A stretch of 64,000 nucleotides of DNA. It comes from a virus (Duplodnaviria; Caudoviricetes). This document shows, piece after piece, positions 8,629 to 16,370 of the stretch. How positions within the stretch are numbered: position 1 is the first letter of the stretch; each line of letters opens with the position of its first letter. The notes below the pieces were generated by a model. It made no database searches. It was not told the origin of the DNA and saw nothing but the letters and a program-made list of their open reading frames with translations. The position numbers were made by a program, and so were the translations under genes. The stretch is from the IMG/VR virus record IMGVR_UViG_3300036987_000008, positions 2,551 through 66,550 of that record; one strand, 5' to 3'.

Positions 8629-10514
8629 GTCTTATAGCTATAGACATGGAGACCTTCTACTCGAAGGACTTCAGCCTTTCCAAAATGACCACGGAGTCGT
8701 ACATCCGTGACCCGCAGTTTGAAGTAGTCGGCGTGTCTATCATGATAGATGACAAGGCGCCGAAGTGGTTCAGTGGTTCGCGTAAGGAGATACGCGCGTG
8801 GCTTTTAAAACAAGCTGATTGGTCTGAGTCGTTCGTACTATCACACAACGCGCACTTCGACATGGCGATCCTCAACTGGCACTTCGGCATCCGTCCGAAG
8901 GTGTATCTGGACACGCTGTCTATGGCCAATGCGTTGCATGGTATCAACGAGTCGGTCTCACTGAAGTCGCTCGCAGAGAGATACAGCCTACCGTCCAAGG
9001 GTACTGAAGTGCATAACGCTATCGGTATGCGTCGTGCAGATTTCTCTGCGGAGCAACTCGCGGCCTACGGCGAATACTGCGATATGGATGCGTGGCTGTG
9101 CCGTACACTGTTTGACATCATGTCGCCTAAGTTCTCAAAGTCGGAACTGAAGGCGATAAGCACTACGATCCGTATGTTTGTAGAGCCGGTACTCGAACTT
9201 GATTTACCTCTTTTAGAAAAGCACCTCATCGATGTACGTGTGAAGCAACGCGAGAGTCTGGTTAAGATAGCTACGCTGATGGGCGTCGAGTCCGAAGAAG
9301 ATGTGAAGACGATACTCATGTCCAATGCGAAGTTCGCTACGCTACTGCGCAAGCTAGGTGTTGAGCCACCAGTGAAGGTGAGTCCAACAACGCAGAAACT
9401 GGCTTTCGCATTTGCTAAGACCGATGAGGAGTTTACCAATCTGTTAGAGCACGAGGATGAGATGGTGCAAGCGGCGGTCGCCGCGCGCTTAGGCAACAAG
9501 AGCACCATCGAGGAGAGCAGAACGGAAGCGTTCATAGCAGTAGCTAAGCGCGGCGCTATGCCTTTCCCCCTGAAGTATAGCGGCGCGGCGGTGACGCATA
9601 GATGGTCAGGCTTCGACGGTATCAACGTGCAGAACATGGGACGCGGTAGCGTGTTGCGTCAGGCTATCAAAGCGCCTAAGGGGTATAAGATCGTATCCGC
9701 AGACTTGAGCAACATCGAGCTACGCCTCGGGTTGTATCTAGCTTGCCAAGATGACAAGATCAAACTCATTGAGGATGGTGTCGACCTCTACGTCGATATC
9801 GCTGTGCCTGTGTTTAAGAAGTCGTACGGTGAGATAGTCGACCTCGGTAAGAAGAGTCGTGAGAGAACTACTGGTAAGGTGATTCAGTTGAGCTCGATCT
9901 ACGGCACTGGCCATAAGAAGTTGAAGGAGACGTTGCGCATCCAAGGCAAGGTTCGATTCAGTGAAGATGAGACACAGGCGATGACCGATCTATATCGCGG
10001 CGAGTACACGATGGTGACGCAAGCGTGGAACGAAGGTAAGGATGTACTTGATGCGCTGTATGCGAAATCAAACTACGGTGAGTACCTGCGACCGGGCATC
10101 TTGAACGTGACCGCCGAAGGCATCATGAAGCCCTCAGGCCTGATGCTGACTTATCCAGATTTAAGATGGACGAAGGATAAGAAAGATGGAAAAATGGGTT
10201 ATACTTATGAACAGAAACGGAAGGCGAGAGATCGTACCTACGGGTCGAAAGTTTTCCAGAGATGTGTTCAAAGTCTAGCTCGGGACATCATCTGCGAGCA
10301 TATGCTGAAGATCGACAAGCGGTTCATGGTTGTTGGCACGGTGCATGATGAGATCATCTGTCTTGTAGCCGACGACGAGGTTGAAGAAGCTAAAGCGTTT
10401 ATGTTGTCTGTTATGCGCACGCCTCCGAGCTGGTGTGACGGATCTGACGGGGGTCTAGCTTTGCCGCTCGATGCGGAATGCGAGGCGAGTGATAATTATT
10501 CTGGAGCCCACTGA
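8625..10514 (+). CDS. polA: DNA polymerase family A with 3'-5' exonuclease
   Basis: Exo I DMET, Exo II HNAHFD, Exo III YCDMD; motif A DLSNIE, motif B RTTGKVIQLSSIYG, motif C VHDE. Confidence 0.95.
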   Translation: MSLIAIDMETFYSKDFSLSKMTTESYIRDPQFEVVGVSIMIDDKAPKWFSGSRKEIRAWLLKQADWSESFVLSHNAHFDMAILNWHFGIRPKVYLDTLSMANALHGINESVSLKSLAERYSLPSKGTEVHNAIGMRRADFSAEQLAAYGEYCDMDAWLCRTLFDIMSPKFSKSELKAISTTIRMFVEPVLELDLPLLEKHLIDVRVKQRESLVKIATLMGVESEEDVKTILMSNAKFATLLRKLGVEPPVKVSPTTQKLAFAFAKTDEEFTNLLEHEDEMVQAAVAARLGNKSTIEESRTEAFIAVAKRGAMPFPLKYSGAAVTHRWSGFDGINVQNMGRGSVLRQAIKAPKGYKIVSADLSNIELRLGLYLACQDDKIKLIEDGVDLYVDIAVPVFKKSYGEIVDLGKKSRERTTGKVIQLSSIYGTGHKKLKETLRIQGKVRFSEDETQAMTDLYRGEYTMVTQAWNEGKDVLDALYAKSNYGEYLRPGILNVTAEGIMKPSGLMLTYPDLRWTKDKKDGKMGYTYEQKRKARDRTYGSKVFQRCVQSLARDIICEHMLKIDKRFMVVGTVHDEIICLVADDEVEEAKAFMLSVMRTPPSWCDGSDGGLALPLDAECEASDNYSGAH

Positions 10515-10699
10515 TGCGGAGATACAAGCGAGGAATCCGAGAACTTACGATGGACGCGTATCGCTTGGCGATGCGCCGGTGGTTGCACAGAACACCACGA
10601 TGCGCGCATTGGGATCTACCTAAGCCTAGATTGAAGGGTCAAGTGATGCACGACTACAAACACCCGCATAGCAAGGTGTTGTGGGTGGAGGTCGTATGA
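10514..10699 (+). CDS. Small hypothetical protein
   Basis: 61 aa between polA and the TraR-like gene, overlapping both. Confidence 0.5.
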   Translation: MRRYKRGIRELTMDAYRLAMRRWLHRTPRCAHWDLPKPRLKGQVMHDYKHPHSKVLWVEVV

Positions 10700-10887
10700 G
10701 TGACGAGATCGATATTGCGCAGACTCGCGAGATGGAAGATACAGCTAGGGCACTAGAGGCCGCGAGGGAGACAGCAAGACGTATCCCTGTCGGGGCTCCT
10801 GGTGACTGCGATTTTTGTGGTGAGTGGTCGGGGCGGCTCGTCGATGGAGCATGCGCGCCCTGCAGAGATAGGAGGAAATTGAAATGA
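10696..10887 (+). CDS. TraR/DksA C4-type zinc finger protein
   Basis: MSDEIDIAQ (DxxDxA motif) plus CDFCG...CAPC; GGAGG SD before ATG 10696. Confidence 0.75.
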   Translation: MSDEIDIAQTREMEDTARALEAARETARRIPVGAPGDCDFCGEWSGRLVDGACAPCRDRRKLK

Positions 10888-11213
10888 GTGATGTGATAAC
10901 AGGCATGACCGGCAAACAATACGCACCACTGGACTTGAGCGCGCCGCAGTCGGTGCTCGAAGAGGCCACCGCATTGATACATGGTGACCGTGAGCAGACC
11001 TACGGTCACCCATCGAAGAACCTAACGAACATCGCACAGCAGTGGCGTCTGTATATGTTGCAGAAGTACGGCACTGACGTAGACCTGTCCGCAGAAGATG
11101 TTTGCTGGATGATGGCTGACTTGAAGAAAGCCCGTCAGATGAACGTGTACAAGCGTGACAACCTGGTCGATGCTATCGGTTATGTTGGTCTGGTCGAGCG
11201 GGTGCAGGGATGA
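10884..11213 (+). CDS. DUF6378-like protein
   Basis: LEEA..LIHGDREQTYG.P..N...IA..W...LKKAR...DNLVDAIGY. Confidence 0.75.
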   Translation: MSDVITGMTGKQYAPLDLSAPQSVLEEATALIHGDREQTYGHPSKNLTNIAQQWRLYMLQKYGTDVDLSAEDVCWMMADLKKARQMNVYKRDNLVDAIGYVGLVERVQG

Positions 11214-11869
11214 CCCTCTCTTACTCCGGTCTGAAGTCTTACGAGAACTGCCCGCGCCAGTTTCATGAAGTCCGTGTACTGAAGAAGCACCCGCCGCAGG
11301 ATACGGTGCAGACGATCTGGGGCAAGGAGGTTCACAGCGCGGCGGAGCTATACGTGCGTGATGGCACACCGTTCCCGATGCAGTTCCCTGGGTCGGATAT
11401 GGTGGAGGCCATCGCGAACATCCCCGGCGACAAATACTGTGAGCTTGAGATGGGGGTGAATGATAAACTTGAGGCTGTGACTTTCGACGACCCAACTGCT
11501 ATACTGCGCGGTATCGCCGACGTGGTCATCATCAACGGTGAGAAGGCTCGAGTCCTAGATTACAAGACTGGAAGTGCGAAGTACCCTGATGTCGCACAGC
11601 TTGAACTGATGGCGTTGATGGTGTTCGCCAAGTTCCCTGAGGTACAAGTGTCGAGGGGCGCACTGCTGTTCCTAGCGCACAACGTCATGGTGCAGAAGAT
11701 AACCAAGCGTGAGGATGCTGAGCGGCACTGGAGCACTTGGCTAGGTAAGCTACAGAGAGTGGAGACGGCTCATGAAACGAATGTGTGGAACGCAAAAAGC
11801 AGCGGGCTCTGTCCTTGGTGCCCAGTCACTACCTGCGAGCACTGGAAGCCCAAGCCGCCAGGTCGGTAA
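11210..11869 (+). CDS. Cas4/AddB-like PD-(D/E)XK exonuclease
   Basis: SYS.L..YENCP; GIAD...VLDYKTG; C-terminal CPWCPVTTC cysteine cluster. Confidence 0.88.
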   Translation: MTLSYSGLKSYENCPRQFHEVRVLKKHPPQDTVQTIWGKEVHSAAELYVRDGTPFPMQFPGSDMVEAIANIPGDKYCELEMGVNDKLEAVTFDDPTAILRGIADVVIINGEKARVLDYKTGSAKYPDVAQLELMALMVFAKFPEVQVSRGALLFLAHNVMVQKITKREDAERHWSTWLGKLQRVETAHETNVWNAKSSGLCPWCPVTTCEHWKPKPPGR

Positions 11870-11924
11870 GTCTGTTGCACTATGTGCAGTCTTCGGCATG
11901 GCGCCGGTTAAATGCGAAGGACGC

Positions 11925-12158
11925 GTGATGTACTACGATTACTACGATGAAGCAACGCTAGATTATCAGCATCCGAAACATGTAGTAGCTAAACACCTCG
12001 TTGGTAAGAAATACAAGGGGGTCAACCGGAAGTGGCGCGTGCAGTATGCAGAGGATGTCCGTAAAGCAGCACGCAACTATTTTGGGCAGGAACTTATGCG
12101 CGGTGCTAATATAGACGGACTTAGAGCTGACCCATACTGGAAGTACATGGAGGACTGA
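11925..12158 (+). CDS. Hypothetical protein
   Basis: The in-frame 3' part of track ORF 11772..12158 looks coding; the start is uncertain. Confidence 0.4.
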   Translation: MMYYDYYDEATLDYQHPKHVVAKHLVGKKYKGVNRKWRVQYAEDVRKAARNYFGQELMRGANIDGLRADPYWKYMED

Positions 12159-12160
12159 AC

Positions 12161-12451
12161 ATGCCGCGCCGTAAAGACATACCCAAAGGTGACCCCTATT
12201 TCCACGACCAGTGGTTGCAACAGAAGGCTCGTGGGGAAGATAAAAAGCAACTAGAGCGTCAGAAGGCACGACGCGCGTACGACAAGGCGGGTATTGATCG
12301 TAAAGGCAAGGACATCGACCACGTCAAGGCGTTGGCTGAGGGTGGTAAGAGTACGACTGGTAACCTGCGCTTGCGTAGCAAGACAGCGAATCGATCAGAC
12401 AACGGGCACAACCCCGGTGAGAAGGCTGGTAAGAAACGTAGCAAACTATAA
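12161..12451 (+). CDS. Small HNH endonuclease
   Basis: DIDHVKALAEGG...GNLRLRSKTANRSDN; GGAGG SD. Confidence 0.8.
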   Translation: MPRRKDIPKGDPYFHDQWLQQKARGEDKKQLERQKARRAYDKAGIDRKGKDIDHVKALAEGGKSTTGNLRLRSKTANRSDNGHNPGEKAGKKRSKL

Positions 12452-12557
12452 CCCGAAAGGGTTATAGGCCTGACCGTTGAATCTGCGCCGCTGTGGGCGC
12501 TACAAACAAGTACGCTGTATGATGAACGGGTACAGCGGTCAGACCTATAACAGGAGG
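12446..12557 (+). promoter_or_regulatory. Structured RNA leader upstream of the helicase with alternative pairings
   Basis: Hairpin CTATAACCC-GAAA-GGGTTATAG (12446-12467). Long-range stem GTTATAGG-C-CTGAC / GTCAG-A-CCTATAAC (12461-12474 / 12538-12551) abuts SD AGGAGG. Confidence 0.55.
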
Positions 12558-12561
12558 TAAG

Positions 12562-14133
12562 ATGGAAATTGTCGAAGGACGTGCCCTTCGGGTGCGAGTT
12601 CGTTCGCCCGATAGGTTTACAGCAGTGATTCCAAAGAGTCACTATGAAGGCGAAGTCGCACCCGGCGTTCACGAGATGCTGTTCCACTGGGGCTACGACG
12701 AGAGCCTAGTACTAAAGAACATGGGGGTTAAGGGTGTACCCTCTCCCATAAACAAAGCATACAACTGGCCCGGATTATTCAAGCCGATGGATCACCAACG
12801 CGACACGGCGTCGTTCTTGTCCATGCACAAGCGCGCGTTCTGTTTCGATGAGCAGGGTCTAGGCAAGACAGCGGCAGCGGCGTGGGCGGCGGACTACCTC
12901 ATGACTATCGGACAGGTGAAGCGCGTCCTGGTCATCTGTCCAGTATCCATCATGCAAGCCGCGTGGCAACAAGACCTGTTCAAGGTGCTGATGCACCGCA
13001 CGGTGGGTATCGCGCATGGCACTAAGCAGAAGCGCGTGGACGTCATCAACAGCGACTGTGAGTTCTGCATCATCAACTATGACGGCGTGCTTATCGTCGA
13101 GGACGAGTTGCTAGCGGGTGGTTTCGATCTCATCATCATGGACGAAGCTACCTATGTGAAGAACGCGCAAGCGAAGCGTAGCAAGAGCATCAAGCGGCTA
13201 TGCGGCCCCGACACTCGGGTGTGGCTAATGACTGGTACACCTGCGGCACAGTCGCCTGAGGATGCGTATGGCCTGGCCAAGCTAGTCTCGCCTGACCGCG
13301 TGCCTAAGTTCTTCGGGTCGTGGCGCGACATGGTGATGCAACAGCTAACGGCGTTCAAGTGGATACCTCGAGCCAAGGCTAAGGACATTGTGCATAACGC
13401 GTTGCAACCTGCGATACGGCACACCAAAGAAGAGTGCTTGGACTTGCCGGACATGATGTACATCGATCGCATGATCCCATTAACAGCGCAACAGGAGAAG
13501 TACTACAAGACGTTGAAGACTCAGATGTTGGCACTAGCGGCCGGTGAGGAGATAACCGCGGTAAACGCCGCCGCTATGCTGAATAAGCTACTGCAGTTGT
13601 CAACCGGCGCGGTATATGCTGATGGAGAGCACCAAGGGAAGAAGACGGTCGTAGAGTTCGACGTCAAGCCGCGCTTGGATGCGTTAGCAGACATCATCGA
13701 TGAGAGCTCACACAAGGTCATTGTGTTCGCTCCGTTCACGCACACCATCGAGATGCTAGAGAAGGACTTGACTAAGCGAGGCTACACACACGCTACGATC
13801 AACGGGTCGGTATCACAAGGTAAGCGCGGCGAGATATTCTCCGCCTTCCAATATCAGCCTGACCCGAAGGTCATCATCATCCAACCTCAGGCGGCGGCAC
13901 ACGGTGTGACCCTGACTGCGGCTAACACGGTGGTGTGGTTTGGGCCGACGACGAGCATGGAGACGTACCTGCAAGCTAACGCCCGTGCGCATCGCAATGG
14001 CCAGAAGAATAAGGTGACGGTGTATCACATGCAGGGTAGCCCTGCAGAAGCACAGCTATATAAGGCACTGCAGGTTCGTGGGGCCGCCCAAGTGTCACTC
14101 ATGGATCTGTATAAAGAAGTAATGGAGTTGTAA
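12562..14133 (+). CDS. SNF2-family (DEAD/H) helicase
   Basis: FDEQGLGKT, IMDEAT, MTGTP, Q...AAHGVTLT...RAHRNGQ. Confidence 0.93.
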   Translation: MEIVEGRALRVRVRSPDRFTAVIPKSHYEGEVAPGVHEMLFHWGYDESLVLKNMGVKGVPSPINKAYNWPGLFKPMDHQRDTASFLSMHKRAFCFDEQGLGKTAAAAWAADYLMTIGQVKRVLVICPVSIMQAAWQQDLFKVLMHRTVGIAHGTKQKRVDVINSDCEFCIINYDGVLIVEDELLAGGFDLIIMDEATYVKNAQAKRSKSIKRLCGPDTRVWLMTGTPAAQSPEDAYGLAKLVSPDRVPKFFGSWRDMVMQQLTAFKWIPRAKAKDIVHNALQPAIRHTKEECLDLPDMMYIDRMIPLTAQQEKYYKTLKTQMLALAAGEEITAVNAAAMLNKLLQLSTGAVYADGEHQGKKTVVEFDVKPRLDALADIIDESSHKVIVFAPFTHTIEMLEKDLTKRGYTHATINGSVSQGKRGEIFSAFQYQPDPKVIIIQPQAAAHGVTLTAANTVVWFGPTTSMETYLQANARAHRNGQKNKVTVYHMQGSPAEAQLYKALQVRGAAQVSLMDLYKEVMEL

Positions 14134-14139
14134 AGTGGC

Positions 14140-14168
14140 TTGACAAAGTAGTATCAGTATGAAACAAT
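14140..14168 (+). promoter_or_regulatory. Putative sigma70 promoter
   Basis: TTGACA (14140-14145), 17 bp, AACAAT (14163-14168) with an extended TG. Confidence 0.5.
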
Positions 14169-14196
14169 GGTCGCTCAATAAAAAGAAGGAGGTGCT

Positions 14197-14382
14197 ATGC
14201 CGTATCAATGCGCATTCGGGCATACGAGTTACGACCCCTGCTGTGACGCTTGTGATAGTGCAACATCAGTTGAACATACTGGTTGGGGCGGGGGTGAGAA
14301 GGAAAGCACAGAAACACACAAAGCCGCTCTGCGCGGGCTGACACGGGATGAGTGGTTGGAGCAGGAAGATCGGGACGATTAA
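14197..14382 (+). CDS. Small Cys-containing hypothetical protein
   Basis: SD AAGGAGGT; 61 aa. Confidence 0.6.
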   Translation: MPYQCAFGHTSYDPCCDACDSATSVEHTGWGGGEKESTETHKAALRGLTRDEWLEQEDRDD

Positions 14383-14402
14383 AAACAAGAAGGAGGTTCA
14401 TC

Positions 14403-14810
14403 ATGAAAGAAGCAAACGAGGTAACTGCAGGGAAGCTTGCGTCCGTCTATATCAAGATCCGTTCTAAACGCGCTGAGTTGTTGGCGGCGTATGAGCTTGA
14501 GGACAACAAGCTGAAGGAAGCCCTCGAGACTCTCGAAGAGGAGATGCTCGAGAAGTGCAAGGATGAGGATGCTGATAGCATCAAGACCCCGTTCGGCACC
14601 ATCGTCCGGTCTGTGAAGACTCGGTACTGGCCCGCTGATTGGGAGATTTTCAACCAGTTCGTTATCGACAACGAGGCGTTAGGTCTCTTGGAGAAACGCG
14701 TACACCAAACAAACATGGGGCAGTGGTTGGAGGAGCATACAGACAACCCTCCACCTGGTCTGAACATCGACCGCCGCTATGCTTGCACCGTTCGTAAAGC
14801 AGCAAAGTAA
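14403..14810 (+). CDS. Conserved phage protein of the replication module
   Basis: GGAGG SD before ATG 14403; coiled coil plus SIKTPFGT...DW..F..F...LLEKR pattern. Confidence 0.75.
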   Translation: MKEANEVTAGKLASVYIKIRSKRAELLAAYELEDNKLKEALETLEEEMLEKCKDEDADSIKTPFGTIVRSVKTRYWPADWEIFNQFVIDNEALGLLEKRVHQTNMGQWLEEHTDNPPPGLNIDRRYACTVRKAAK

Positions 14811-14834
14811 CTTTAACCAAAAGGAGTAGTGAAG

Positions 14835-15761
14835 ATGAGTACAGGAATGACATTGTTTGGCGGCAAACTCCCAACACGTTTGCAAAACCGTGAGATGGAT
14901 GCCGTAACTAAAGCGTTGGCCGGTGGATCCGCAGGTGGTGGTCGCCGTATCAGTATCAAGGGTTCTGTGTTCCGCATGATTGTGGACGGCAAGCAGGTCG
15001 CTGAGAACGAAGACCGCCAGATGAACATCGTGGTAGTCGCGGCGGCTCCGGCTGTGAATCGTCAGTACTACGAAGGTGCGTACAACGAAGATGTGGTGAC
15101 CGGCCCAACTTGCCAGTCGTCCGATGGTAAGACACCGGATAAGGGTGTGGAGAATGCGCAGGCGTCCTCTTGCGCGGACTGCCCACAGAACATCAGTGGC
15201 TCTGGTCAGGGTGACTCGCGCGCTTGCCGCTACCAGCAACGCTTGGCGGTGGTTCTCGAAGGCGAGATCGGTGGCCCTGTGTATCAGTTGGCGTTACCTG
15301 CAACATCGTTGTTCGGTAAGGGTGAAGCTAACAACACCAAGCTCCCTCTGCAAGCGTATGCTCGCTACTTGGCACAGAACGGCGTGCCTATCACTGAAGT
15401 CGTTACCGAGATGAAGTTCGACACCAAGTCGGCTACACCGAAGTTGACCTTCAAGGCGGTGCGTGCGTTGGAAGATGACGAAGCGGAGTTGTCTGCTGAG
15501 CAGGGTGCTAGCTCTGATGCGATGCAAGCCATCACGTTGTCCGTGTTCAAGCAAGACGGCGCTAAGGCAACTGCGAAACCTGCGGCGAAGGCTCTGCCTA
15601 AGGTTGAGGAAGAAGAGGAAGAAGCCCCGAAGCCAACCAAGAAAGCTAAACCTGCGGCTGAGGAAGGTAACGAGCCCGTGGTCGCATCCAAATCCAAACC
15701 GGCTGAAGCACCTGCAGGTAAGAAGCCAGTCAGCGCAGTTCTCGCTGAGTGGGATGACTAA
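14835..15761 (+). CDS. Putative single-stranded DNA-binding protein
   Basis: RRISIKGSVF...; Cys-containing core; long Ala/Lys/Glu linker; acidic-aromatic tail LAEWDD. Confidence 0.6.
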   Translation: MSTGMTLFGGKLPTRLQNREMDAVTKALAGGSAGGGRRISIKGSVFRMIVDGKQVAENEDRQMNIVVVAAAPAVNRQYYEGAYNEDVVTGPTCQSSDGKTPDKGVENAQASSCADCPQNISGSGQGDSRACRYQQRLAVVLEGEIGGPVYQLALPATSLFGKGEANNTKLPLQAYARYLAQNGVPITEVVTEMKFDTKSATPKLTFKAVRALEDDEAELSAEQGASSDAMQAITLSVFKQDGAKATAKPAAKALPKVEEEEEEAPKPTKKAKPAAEEGNEPVVASKSKPAEAPAGKKPVSAVLAEWDD

Positions 15762-15768
15762 GTAATGT

Positions 15769-15798
15769 ATAGGTGGCTGCTAGCAGCCACCTATTTTT
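15769..15798 (+). terminator. Intrinsic terminator
   Basis: Perfect 26-bp palindrome ATAGGTGGCTGCTAGCAGCCACCTAT followed by TTTT. Confidence 0.75.
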
Positions 15799-15811
15799 CA
15801 TAGGAGTCATC

Positions 15812-16111
15812 ATGGCAAAGTACCAACAGAAAACAATCGACGCAATCGCTAAGGCGGATCAAACCCGACCAGGCGTTTTCCTCGCGGCTATGTGCATCGA
15901 GGCGCAGATACCTGTGCAAGTCGTAGCTAAGTGGATGGGCATCACAAGACAAGGTGTGTACTACTGGTTCACAGGCGCGAACGAAGTCGCAGAACATCAT
16001 CTACCGAAGGTAGAACGAATCACTCAAGTGTTGGTAGCCGCGCTAGCTGCGCATGACCTACCGGCAAAGGATTTACCGACTGCGCTAGCAATCGTAAAAC
16101 AATACAAGTAA
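15812..16111 (+). CDS. XRE/Cro-like HTH protein
   Basis: IPVQVVAKWMGITRQGVYYWFTG; SD AGGAG. Confidence 0.75.
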   Translation: MAKYQQKTIDAIAKADQTRPGVFLAAMCIEAQIPVQVVAKWMGITRQGVYYWFTGANEVAEHHLPKVERITQVLVAALAAHDLPAKDLPTALAIVKQYK

Positions 16112-16123
16112 GGGGTAGGTAAA

Positions 16124-16306
16124 ATGAAGATATCCAGAACAAAATACTCAACTATGACGACACCAGAACTTCTGGCTATCGCCGACCAGCAAGGCTTGAA
16201 TCTAAACGAATTAGTTCGTGAGATGATGGATCGATTAGCCGAGATCCCGAACCGTAACCCGAACGGAGCTGACGCGCCGGTTGACGGACAGATGCGACTG
16301 TTCTAA
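16124..16306 (+). CDS. Small hypothetical protein
   Basis: 60 aa with a GGGG/AGGT SD-like site. Confidence 0.55.
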   Translation: MKISRTKYSTMTTPELLAIADQQGLNLNELVREMMDRLAEIPNRNPNGADAPVDGQMRLF

Positions 16307-16370
16307 AGTTATGTGACGCGGCGGATTCACGCCGCATTTCTCCGTGCCGTTCCAGTTGGTATAAACAAAC

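Noticed and set aside
10884-11213. DUF6378-like gene as evidence of a modified-base (e.g. Z or 7-deazaG) genome
   Set aside because: No purZ, queuosine-pathway or transferase genes are recognisable.
12461-12551. Hammerhead ribozyme (three stems, CTGA and TGATGA present)
   Set aside because: The CUGANGA / GAAA / UH core is not correctly placed between the stems.
16318-16340. Terminator upstream of the primase gene
   Set aside because: The 6-bp GC stem is present but the U-tract is weak (ATTTC), which is not enough to call.
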